From a bacterium (GTDB lineage Bacteria > SAR324 > NAC60-12): 64,000 bases of DNA. The stretch spans positions 1,311,653-1,375,652 of the forward strand of contig CBDBHR010000030.1 in assembly GCA_965205865.1 (NCBI GenBank). The letters run 5' to 3'. The notes below the pieces were generated by a model. That model did no database searches and had not been told where the DNA came from. It worked only from the letters and a program-made list of their open reading frames with translations. A program made the position numbers and the translations under genes. This document shows, in pieces, positions 50,420-60,200 of this stretch; position 1 is the first letter of the stretch, and every line of letters begins with the position of its first letter.

Positions 50420-50812
50420 TTATAAGTTCATCATGGATACTCGGATAAGTTCCCGGATCTTCTTTTGAAAATAGCAGAAACTGGGTGACGCGTTGTTTTT
50501 CACATCCATTTGCGGAGCGATTTTTTGCGACCATGCTGATTTTTCCCTGCCTATCGCCTGCCATCCCTTTTTTTTAAGCCCAATTGAGCCACCGCTGTGA
50601 ATCGCGTCGGCCAGAAGCTCCCACGTTCCGCAAATCGAATCGTTTTGATAGCGATTCAGCACATCGGCGCCACTCACAAGATTTTTTGGGATGCGGCCGA
50701 TTCCCCGGTAACCAATAATCCTGAACGAATGTTGATAGCCGACGATCTTCGGGAATAATATGTCGAGTGCCGTCTTGCCGGATAGATCTTCGACGAGTAT
50801 CTCAAAGTGCAT
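50420..50812 (-). pseudogene. DUF4276 family protein, probably internally deleted
   Basis: MHFEILVED.SG...GIGRIPK and DSICGTWE..NASPSF motifs are present, but the central DxD and E.E.W segment seen in the intact partners is absent (130 aa). Confidence 0.65.
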
Positions 50813-50816
50813 CCAA

Positions 50817-52094
50817 TCACCTCGCATCGAGATATTCGCTGTACCAGAGGCCACCCAACGGCAGTCCCTCTTCGACCATGCTGTTTACGATCGGAACATC
50901 GCTTGCGCGCCGGATCATCGAAAAACCGTCAACTCCCTTTTCCAGAATCCAGACTTCTTCCGGAGTTAACGAATCGACGAAATACGGCTGGTGCGTCGTC
51001 ACGAAAACCTGCGACCCTTTTCTACGACTGGCGTGTTCGCGGAATTCGTTCGCCAGAGCTTCCAGTAGTTTGTGATACAGGCCGTTTTCCGGTTCTTCGA
51101 TACAGAGGAACGGGGGAGGTGTCGGGTCATCGAGCAACAAAAGATATGCGAATACCTTGAGCGTCCCGTCGGATACTTGCTGGGCGTAAAAAGGATCCTG
51201 AAATCCTTTGTCGTTGAATTTGAGCAGTAACCGGCCGTCATTGGTACTTTCAGTGCCGATCTGGTCTATACCTGGAATTTTTTTAGCGATCGTCTTCAGA
51301 ATTGACTGGAAGCGTTGAGTATGTTTTTGCGCCATGAATTGCACGACGTTGCCGAGATTGTCACCATGGATATTGAGATGTTTCTGGGCACCGGCCATCG
51401 GCAGGCTGCGGGCTGCGTCCGGTGTAAAGTAGCTGAGATGCCATCCCTCGATGAAACGACGAAAAGCGGAAATTCGCGGGTGTTGTTTCAAGGCGCCCAG
51501 CGTAGCAATGCCAAACTTGCGGTTGTCCTCCAATTCAATAGTCTCGGTCTCTTTGGGCTCCTCCCGTGTTATTGATTCCATCAGAGTCAGGAGGTCGAAG
51601 TTCTCTGTTTCTTCCTGATATCCTTCCTCTCCCTTCCATACCACTCCCTTGCCTTCCTCGAGTATCAAAAACGAAAACGGCCAGCCGCGCTTCTGGTTTC
51701 TGCGCCTTTGTCTGAGGCGTTCTCGCAGTACGTAAGGAAGCTCGGACGAGTCTGTATCAATGGTGATCTCATAGGTAATAGGGCGGGCTTTTACATTTTC
51801 TCTATAGTACACCTCGAAATCGATGGGGCCTGATTCTCCTTGCGTCCGCAATTTCTCGAACCCACCGCGCCCATGCGCATCACAAGCCTCATCGACACCG
51901 GATTTAAGGGCGTCGGCAAGGAAACCGAACGCATCGAACAGGACACTCTTTCCCACTCCGTTTTTGCCAATGACCGCCGTCAGGGGAGTGAGCGGCCATT
52001 TATTCTGTTGGTTCCACAGACAGCCCAGCGTCACGTCTTTGAGCACCTTGAAGTTCTTTACTCTCAAACCTTCTATCCTGGCCATTTTATTCAC
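50817..52094 (-). CDS. ABC-type (AAA_21) ATPase
   Basis: GKNGVGKS, VSDGT, IEEPENGLYH and TTHQP motifs. Confidence 0.88.
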   Translation of the reverse strand: MNKMARIEGLRVKNFKVLKDVTLGCLWNQQNKWPLTPLTAVIGKNGVGKSVLFDAFGFLADALKSGVDEACDAHGRGGFEKLRTQGESGPIDFEVYYRENVKARPITYEITIDTDSSELPYVLRERLRQRRRNQKRGWPFSFLILEEGKGVVWKGEEGYQEETENFDLLTLMESITREEPKETETIELEDNRKFGIATLGALKQHPRISAFRRFIEGWHLSYFTPDAARSLPMAGAQKHLNIHGDNLGNVVQFMAQKHTQRFQSILKTIAKKIPGIDQIGTESTNDGRLLLKFNDKGFQDPFYAQQVSDGTLKVFAYLLLLDDPTPPPFLCIEEPENGLYHKLLEALANEFREHASRRKGSQVFVTTHQPYFVDSLTPEEVWILEKGVDGFSMIRRASDVPIVNSMVEEGLPLGGLWYSEYLDAR

Positions 52095-52136
52095 CGTCCT
52101 GATTGCGCGTATTTGTTAAGAAATGGTTTTAAAACT

Positions 52137-52210
52137 TCTGAAATAGTCATGCAATTTTACGACCTCGTGCCAGGGTTTCCAGGAAGCTTTCGTTTTCATG
52201 TTGTCCTCGT
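52137..52210 (-). pseudogene. Duplicated 5' stub of the DUF499 gene (stub A)
   Basis: EDNMKTKASWKPWHEVVKLHDY directly after the stop of 52211-52783. Confidence 0.88.
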
Positions 52211-52783
52211 TCAGTTGGTTTGGATAGCGGATTCGAGACGCATGGCAAGGTCGTCGAAATCCTCGCAGCACTTTTGCCGGATCGCGCCAATCCTGCGCGA
52301 AGCCTCTTCTCCCAGGACCTTTCGACCACCACCAGGAGCGTCCGATAAACTACGCTGGGCGACAAGCGGCTCGAAGTACCGTTCCTTGACTTGGACTTCC
52401 GCACGAACCTCAGACCATTGCCATTCGTTGGGCAAATCCAGACCCGCCAAAACCCAGGTCTCCAATTCTTCCCAGGCGTTTTCGGCAAAGAAAACCTGTT
52501 GACCTCCGAACTTCTCTTCCAGTTTGTCAAGTCTCAAACGCCGGTTCGTATTGCCGTCCCGGTCGATGCACAGGATGAAGATATCAGTCATCCCGCGATA
52601 CTGTTTGAGGATCTCTTCGATGCGCCTGGTTTTCATTGCCTGGTCGACGCCACCAAGCAAGGGGTCGCTACAAACCTCAACTTTCGTACGTCGTTTGCCG
52701 ATGGCATGAAAGAGTCGTAAGAATAGTGGTTTCAGGATGAATTGATCGTTGCGGAAATCTTCCGGGATGATGAGAACGTTCAT
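52211..52783 (-). CDS. TOPRIM-like (DUF4276/RloB-related) putative nuclease
   Basis: LIIPED, ILCIDRDG and EELETW acidic motifs. ATGA coupling to the upstream ATPase. Confidence 0.7.
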   Translation of the reverse strand: MNVLIIPEDFRNDQFILKPLFLRLFHAIGKRRTKVEVCSDPLLGGVDQAMKTRRIEEILKQYRGMTDIFILCIDRDGNTNRRLRLDKLEEKFGGQQVFFAENAWEELETWVLAGLDLPNEWQWSEVRAEVQVKERYFEPLVAQRSLSDAPGGGRKVLGEEASRRIGAIRQKCCEDFDDLAMRLESAIQTN

Positions 52784-54039
52784 TCTTCATTCTCCTCATC
52801 ATCGTCGATTCCCTCAGTGAACGCGAGCGCGGTCTCCATCCAACCGCCGCCAAGGAGCCGGCCCAGCCCCTGGGATTTTCGCAATTCCCTGGCATTGGGG
52901 AGTTCTGCCAACGGGCGAATAATGCCGTCTTCCGAGTCCTCGTCACGGTAGACGATGGAGGTGTTCTCGAAGGTCCGGTCATTGACCAGGTTCAACAGAT
53001 CAGGCGAATGGGTGGTGGTGACGACCTGAATACTGCCTTTAGCAGTCTGCTTTTCGATCAATTCAAGTAAAAGCGATTGTCGAGCCGGGTGAATACCCGT
53101 GTCGATTTCCTCGAAGAAATACAGACCTCCCGAGTGCGGGCCGAGCAGCACGGCCAGCATGGCGAGAAAACGCAGCGTACCATCCGAGGCGCTGTAGGCC
53201 GATACCTTTCTCCCATTCCCTTCCACGATTTGGAGATGGACCCGTCCGCTGGGATCACGCGGAAATTCGAAATCTCTCACATCCATGGGAGTCAGTTCCT
53301 GCAACCAATCGGCCAGAATCTTCTTCCGTTCAGGGTCAATGCAGATTGCCTCGAGCGCCGTTGGTAAATTTTCGCCCGAGTTACCCAATGAGGTCGCACC
53401 GGGGAAAGAAGGCGCCCGCATTCGCTCGGGAACCAATTCCAGAAAACGCATGCTGCCAAGGACGGAGTGAAAACCCATTTCGGCTATATGCTGGTACCAT
53501 ACTTGCTTGTAGTTCTGAAGAAACTGCGTCAGTGCCGGTTGAGACCGACTGAAGCCGATCTTCCGTTCACCGTTATTTCCTACAGCCAGCCACAGGCCGG
53601 GTTCACTGGTTTCTATCGTCTTGTACACGGTCCTCGATTCGGTCTTCAACTCTTCTTCCAACACAACGAAGCCGTCGGGACTGTTTGGGTTGAATCCGAC
53701 TGCAATCGAGTAGAATATTTTTCTGCCTGTCAAGTCAAGTTCGATATGAAGGGAGAACCCAGACGGTAGAGGGTAAGCGAATAAGCCAAAACGAGCGATT
53801 TCATTTGGAGCGCCTCGGATCGGCTCCCAATCGCGTAAACCGCCGGGCCCGTATTTCCCACCGAAGATCTCCGCCAGAGTGTATCCGCGGCCGATTCCGT
53901 GCAGGAAGCGGAAGGCATCGCGAATGTTACTTTTGCCGCTGGCGTTGGCGCCAACGATCACGGTGAAGGGACCGACGCGCAGCGTCTCGTCGGCGAAGTT
54001 CTTGAAATTGACGAGTCTCAGTGACGTGATCATGGTCAT
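52780..54039 (-). CDS. ABC-type (AAA_21) ATPase
   Basis: NFKNF, GANASGKS, ASDGT, FEEIDTGIHP and TTHSP motifs. ATGA coupling to DUF1156. Confidence 0.88.
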   Translation of the reverse strand: MTMITSLRLVNFKNFADETLRVGPFTVIVGANASGKSNIRDAFRFLHGIGRGYTLAEIFGGKYGPGGLRDWEPIRGAPNEIARFGLFAYPLPSGFSLHIELDLTGRKIFYSIAVGFNPNSPDGFVVLEEELKTESRTVYKTIETSEPGLWLAVGNNGERKIGFSRSQPALTQFLQNYKQVWYQHIAEMGFHSVLGSMRFLELVPERMRAPSFPGATSLGNSGENLPTALEAICIDPERKKILADWLQELTPMDVRDFEFPRDPSGRVHLQIVEGNGRKVSAYSASDGTLRFLAMLAVLLGPHSGGLYFFEEIDTGIHPARQSLLLELIEKQTAKGSIQVVTTTHSPDLLNLVNDRTFENTSIVYRDEDSEDGIIRPLAELPNARELRKSQGLGRLLGGGWMETALAFTEGIDDDEENEE

Positions 54040-57000
54040 GCTCCCAACTGAAATCGTGTCTGGCGCGGCGCTTTGACGTCGCCACGGGCGACCGCGTGAT
54101 TACTCAGGGATTCCAGAATGGACCGTTCTTCGGAATCGGCGGCGGCCAGTTCGATGAGCGCCTGCAGGATCTGATTGAACAAAGCATTACTCTGCAGACC
54201 TCGCGCGTCGAGGTAATCGTCCACCTTCACCTGCTCCCCGGCACGCCAGAGATGCATCAGTTTGTGTACCTGGTCGATCAGTGGAACGGGCCGTCCGCCG
54301 GGCGCTGGAAGACCGAGGTTGCGACCCTGCCGCCGCTGCCAGGGTTTCAGTTTTACCTTGGCTCCGCCTCCGCCACTCGTTTCTTCCACGTCATCGTCCG
54401 TGCTACTGGCAGACAGGTCTACTTCCAGCGCATCGCCGGTATTTCCCTTGCCCACTTGGGCCAGCAGGTCATGCTGACTGACCAGCGCCGAGTCGGAGAG
54501 ATTGCAAGACAGCGCGTAGAGGATACAGCCACCAACGGGCGCCTCAGCCATGCCTAAGTCGTGGCGATGGAGCAGATAGTAGGTGGTCACGTCATCGAGC
54601 CCGCTCACCACTTCTTGCCCACCATCTTGGCTCAGCACGCGCCCGACGACAAAATCGACTACTATGCGCCGCACCTCGCGCAGGAACTCCGAAACGCTCA
54701 TCACTTGATCCGAGTCGTTGGCCTTCTTGACCACCGGGTGCTTGCTGAAGGCTTCCAGGGCCGGTCCGGTGGCGGCCCACACGAAGTCCGGACCACGAAT
54801 GCCCGCGTCCCAGAAGTCACGCAGTTGCAGCCTGATCTTCTCGCGCATTTCCTTGAGGACGGTGTGGTCCCAGCCCGGACGAGAAATGGATCGCTTCTTG
54901 CACACGATCCAGATGGAGGATGACAAGGCGGCGGAAGCAATCGCTCGGTTGCGGTTGCTCATCTCCGTCTGGATGGGCCAGGAGCCGTCCACGATGAAAC
55001 CGGCTCGAATCAGAGCGGCTACCAAGGTCTCCCAGGCATCGGGATGCTTGTTGGCGAATACGACCACGAGCCGCCCGCCCGGCTGCAGCGCAGCGTGACA
55101 AGAGCGGAACGAACGGGCCATGCCGTCTTCATAATTCTGCTTGGACCGTTCTTTGTCTCCGTCAAATCGGCTGGCGTCGTCTATGAGTTCGCCATCGTCG
55201 GTGCCATGATCCCATTTGGGGCCAAGGGCAGCGGAGAAGACCGACTCGACCTCAGCGGACAATCCTGGAATAGAGCGTCTCAGCCAGACATAGAAGAAAT
55301 CCATCAGATCGGAATAGGGAATCGCATCATAGTAGGGAGGATCGGTTAAGATCAGATCAACACTATCGACCGGACAGGAGACTGCCGATCCCAAAACGCT
55401 TTCTCCGCTTCGGGCTGAATTGACGCTTTCTTGCAGATGTTCGCAGACCTTGAAAACCCAATCAACGGATTGCAGGAATCCTCCCGTGGTATCTGAAAGC
55501 GGCGCGGACTCGGAAAAATCCCATGTAATCGGCAATGCGAATCGAGCAAATGTACTTCTGATGGTTTCTCGATCATTGGTCCATGTCGCCAACGTACTGC
55601 CTCGGTCGGCCATACGGCTGATTATGGGCAAGCACATGGCGACCAGTGCTTCCCTCCATTCAGGCGGGCAATCGTCGAGTTGCTTTGGCATTTTGTTAAG
55701 TGCTCGGATGAACTCCCCAAGCGCCAATAGCTGCCGGTTCGTGAACAACTTCCGCCACGTGTCGAAGCCATAGCCGTCCACCGAAAAAGCACGCGATGCG
55801 CCGATTCCCGCCTTGGGCGTCTGTTCCTCCGGCAATCCAAAAGGGATGTCTGCATACAGTGTCTGAAGCTGCTCCTCGGACACTTCCGCGGCTTCCCTTT
55901 CATGGTCAGTCGGCACACGATATTCCTTGCCCTTCGGACCATGCACCACAACGGAGGTCATGGTCGCAGCCAGTCGCCCGGCGCGACCTTCAAAACGGAT
56001 ATCTCCCATCGTAATGATCGCGCCGCAGCAGGGGCAGGTTGCGCCGGCACGCGACATCGTTCCCGCTCCGATACGCCTGTCGTGCTCCCGACGCTGTGCC
56101 GCGTTGCCACCGTTTTGAGGTACGTCGCTCCGTACGCCGAAGACCACCCTGCTCAGTTCAGCGTCCGGATTCATTGTCAGCAGCACGCGCTTGCGTTCCT
56201 TTTTGCACAACCAGCGCGTCTTGAGCAGGGGCAACGTGCCCCGGCACTGTTTGCAGGTCACGGTACGCGCCCAGAGATAGGCCACCGTCGGCTTGGCGAC
56301 CCAGCGTGGATTTTGTGAATCCTCGAGATAGGCATTGTCGTACTCGGCGTTGAGCGGATCGACTTGCGCAACGCCTTCCTCATCGACCTCCAAAAGCTGT
56401 AGGGAGCGTGGCTCATACTCCATGCCGGGCGTCAGCGGCTCGAACCCGGCATAGGTGGGATAATACGCGGCCAGTTCCCTGCGCGCCCTGGCCAGCACCC
56501 AACGACCCCAGGCACGCACCTGCCAGGCTAGATCCGCGTGGGTTATCGAGTCGTCCTGGGGAAGCGCATCAATCTGAATCGAGCTATTGTCACCGTGTCC
56601 GAATTGCTTCATCAACGTGCGCAGACCCTCTCCCTTGAATTTCTTCTCCTTCAGGAACGCCTCCATGAATTGGCGATCCTTGAGGGCGAACTCAGGCAAC
56701 GGGAGGGTTTGACCTGCAAGTTTCTGGGGGTATTCCAGGGTACATTTGAGGATGAACCAAGCCACCGGGTTGATGTCCATGGCGGTCACTTCGCAGCCGA
56801 GACGCATCGCTTCCAGGGGAATGGCGCCCCCGCCTGCGAAGGGGTCCAGTACCTTGGGGGCGCGACCACCATAGGCTTTACGAATTTCCTTGCGAAACCA
56901 CTCGAGATCCGAACCCTGCTCACGACCCCAGTGGAGAATACCGCCAACCGTTTCCTCCTTCTTCTTCTCGACCACACGTCCGTTAACGCGCTTGCGTTCG

Positions 57001-57260
57001 ATCTTCTCGACGACCCGGCCAGCCATCCGCTCCAGGATCGCCTTCCGTTGTTCAGGATCGCCGGGATCGGGAAGCAACGTGGCAATCAGGGCCGCCCGGC
57101 ACGCCGCCAACGGCCGTCTTGCGGGCCAGATATGCAGCGTGGAGATGTGCCCATGTCGCACGTTCTTCTCATGCACCGAATCCAGCGAAACCTGCTTCAA
57201 CGGAAAAGCCACCTCAATAAGTCGTTTGTCGTTGGTTGTCATGGTATGGTCTTCATACAT
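54036..57260 (-). CDS. DUF1156 domain adenine DNA methyltransferase
   Basis: RLIEVAFPL, LHIWPARRPLAACRA, motif I DPFAGGG, Zn-ribbon cysteines, motif IV TDPPY. Confidence 0.92.
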   Translation of the reverse strand: MYEDHTMTTNDKRLIEVAFPLKQVSLDSVHEKNVRHGHISTLHIWPARRPLAACRAALIATLLPDPGDPEQRKAILERMAGRVVEKIERKRVNGRVVEKKKEETVGGILHWGREQGSDLEWFRKEIRKAYGGRAPKVLDPFAGGGAIPLEAMRLGCEVTAMDINPVAWFILKCTLEYPQKLAGQTLPLPEFALKDRQFMEAFLKEKKFKGEGLRTLMKQFGHGDNSSIQIDALPQDDSITHADLAWQVRAWGRWVLARARRELAAYYPTYAGFEPLTPGMEYEPRSLQLLEVDEEGVAQVDPLNAEYDNAYLEDSQNPRWVAKPTVAYLWARTVTCKQCRGTLPLLKTRWLCKKERKRVLLTMNPDAELSRVVFGVRSDVPQNGGNAAQRREHDRRIGAGTMSRAGATCPCCGAIITMGDIRFEGRAGRLAATMTSVVVHGPKGKEYRVPTDHEREAAEVSEEQLQTLYADIPFGLPEEQTPKAGIGASRAFSVDGYGFDTWRKLFTNRQLLALGEFIRALNKMPKQLDDCPPEWREALVAMCLPIISRMADRGSTLATWTNDRETIRSTFARFALPITWDFSESAPLSDTTGGFLQSVDWVFKVCEHLQESVNSARSGESVLGSAVSCPVDSVDLILTDPPYYDAIPYSDLMDFFYVWLRRSIPGLSAEVESVFSAALGPKWDHGTDDGELIDDASRFDGDKERSKQNYEDGMARSFRSCHAALQPGGRLVVVFANKHPDAWETLVAALIRAGFIVDGSWPIQTEMSNRNRAIASAALSSSIWIVCKKRSISRPGWDHTVLKEMREKIRLQLRDFWDAGIRGPDFVWAATGPALEAFSKHPVVKKANDSDQVMSVSEFLREVRRIVVDFVVGRVLSQDGGQEVVSGLDDVTTYYLLHRHDLGMAEAPVGGCILYALSCNLSDSALVSQHDLLAQVGKGNTGDALEVDLSASSTDDDVEETSGGGGAKVKLKPWQRRQGRNLGLPAPGGRPVPLIDQVHKLMHLWRAGEQVKVDDYLDARGLQSNALFNQILQALIELAAADSEERSILESLSNHAVARGDVKAPRQTRFQLGA

Positions 57261-57264
57261 AATG

Positions 57265-60200
57265 CTAGCTGATCGTTCGCCGCCTTACTGCGAACTCAGT
57301 ATTGCGAATCAACTCTTTTACTCCATTCACCTTCAAGCCTTCATAAGATTTCAGTAAGTTTAGATCATTGCGAACCCCTCTACGTGCGACAGTAGAGGTT
57401 ACTATTTTTAATGCCTCAAACGACTGTTGATCATCAATCCATAATATTAGAGTCTTTAGGATCTCACTCCAAGAAACATCAGCCTTCAGATTTTGATCAA
57501 TCCAGTGGTCGGTGCAATGATCTATCCAATACAGCGGTTTTTCTCTTACCAGACGGTTGAGTTTCTGGATGGCGCTGTCACAACTCCATAAATAATGCTG
57601 TTTGTACGACGACCCAAGCCGGCAGTCGAGATGTTTCCTGCGTATGGCAAACCAGCCTCGATTGTTACACTCCATCCAGAGATCAAAGATATCGCCTTCG
57701 GAAATAAGATCAAGGTACGGAACGAGAGCAAGCATCTGCTTCTCTCGATAAAGACCCGGATGATTTTTTGCCCGTATCCCGAAAATCATCGTCAAATCCG
57801 TCATAAGTTTGGTCGAATTTGGACACTCTCTGATAGCAACAGCTGCGGCGTCAAGAAGGGGATTCGTCGCGACGTAAAGCGCAGCTGGAACAAAACAGGA
57901 TGAGAAACGGAGGTGGTCCCAGTGTTTGAGGAGAAGCCGTTCGGCATCCTTGGTCGGTAATCGTATGATAAGTTCGCTTGTGATCCGATCTGAAGCAAAG
58001 GATTCCAACCAAACCAACTGCACTTGCCCGCCCCGGTTCCCCAAAAAGTGATCTAACTCCTCGGTGAGTTCAGGTGACCATAGGAAGCGACCACACTGCC
58101 ACCAATACTTGGCGTCACACCCACGTAATTTCGTAGTCATTGCCGGAATTGCTTGCCGATCCCCACGGATAAGTCGCTGCTGGAGTAGAGAGTCAGCAAG
58201 GTCTTCTGGCACTTGAGCAGCGCGGAGTATGCTCAAGTCTCCTTTGCATTCAGTTACTGCCCATAGAGAAAAAGCTTCAGTCCGGAGAAACCTGTCGTTT
58301 TTGTCATCCAGCCAAAGACGTAGGAGAACTTGACGCGAAGCATCCGACATAGGACTCCCCTCTTCCTGAGCATGTCGCCATTCATCTGCTGCCGTCAACG
58401 CAAAAGGAGAAAACAACTCGGTTCCTTCAAGCCGCCGACGAATCGCAGCTAGTTCTTGTACCACGAATGTTAACGCCTTTGGATGATCTATACCGTGCAG
58501 CATGACGGTGATTGGCCATCTCAAATCCTTATGAGTTGCGCGTAGAACAAAGTAGTCGATCGCTTTATGTGGTGTCCATCTACGGAATGCAAAGCGAAGC
58601 TCACGGGCTGCTAGGTTGTCTCGGGGTGAGGGTTCATCTTCCTTTTCGGGTTCGTCTGGTAAGGCCGCCCAAACGTCACAGACCGGCCCGAGAAAACGTG
58701 CTGGATCATTCCCGCAGCACTGCCCAAAAGCCCACAGATAATCGACGAGATGATCGATTTTTTCAGCGTCTAATTTCCAGCAGACTTCTATAGCATAAGC
58801 CAAACATGGATTTCCGATATGACCTGCCAGACGTAAGGCCCCTGATCTTATCGGACTGTTTAGTTCCTTCTGTCTAAGAAAGTAGTCAAGTTCCCTGATC
58901 AGTATAGCACCGTGACGAAGTTTCGCGTGTTCTATCTGAAAGTCCCTCCACGGATCACCAATACCCGGTTCCAATGTCACACATAGTTCAATTCCACCGC
59001 CAGTGTCCCCGTTTCTCAGACGGGCAAAATGACCGCTATACGTTCGATCTGAAAACTTCCTGACGATTACCGGTACATGGTGAGAGTCCGTTTCTGCCAA
59101 CAAGGCCAACGCTTCCCAGCGCAGATGAAGGTTGGAGCGGTAATGCGTGGCTGGATTGTCGAGCCAATTTTCAATCGCCCGAAGCAAAGCATCGTAAGAA
59201 GATTGGGTTGAATCGTTGAAAAGGCGCAGCGCATAAAAGAGGGCGAGAGGATTGAACTCAGCAACGCGGCGCAGAAAGTGCGGTTTTGGTTGGCTCCAAA
59301 CCAAAACTGTTCCTATCACTTCAGCAAAATATGGGTCTGTAACAACATCATATGACAAAACACCCCTGAGCTCGAGCTCAGCCGCAGCATCGGCCAGTAT
59401 CCACTCACGAATTCGGTCATGACGAAACACGAACCGTTGATCCGCAGTTGAACCCGAGAGGCGGATCAGTTCATTCTTGTGCGCAATGCGGCCAATTAAA
59501 CGCAATGGTTCACCTTGAGTTTCTGTCCAATCTCTAACTTCAGACCAGCTTAGATCAATTTTCCGAAGGGTGAGCATGCCTTCCGCCAGCACGCGTAGTG
59601 CCTTGCGATATTCGGCTGCCGGATAGTCTGCCTTCATTGCTGCAGTCCGATACAGGGAAGCCTCGACGAATTGACCGATTACTTGGCCAGGGTCAGCCGT
59701 ATTGTCGAAATCATATAGAGCGATGAGGAGAGGATCGTGACCGAGTGACTGAGATATCGACAACGCGCTCAATGGACTAAGTTCTTTATCAATCAGACGT
59801 GCCCGCGCGATGACTGCATCCCGACCTTCGTTCTCGCTAAAGCCTCCAGCGGATACTAGGAGCGGTTCGATGCTCTTCCGAGCATTGTCTCCCAGCAAAG
59901 CTAGTGTTTCTGGACGCAAGGGGCAAAAGAGGTTCCATGTGGTCCCCCAATTGCTCTGGTTTTCTGCCTCAGCCTGTGTGCGGCTCCATCTAGCGATTTT
60001 TTCTGCTAAAAGCTGCGTTTGGTTCGCTTTATTGATGTCTTCAACTACCAACAGCAATGGACGCTCTGGAGAACAAATGGATAAAGCTGTCTCCTCATTA
60101 GATGCCAAAGCGGGGTGGAGTTGGTGTAGGGCATCAGCGATTGCCTGATCAAGTGTTGTTGCTGAGGAAATGACATCGTGCGATAGGACTAGTCCGAATC

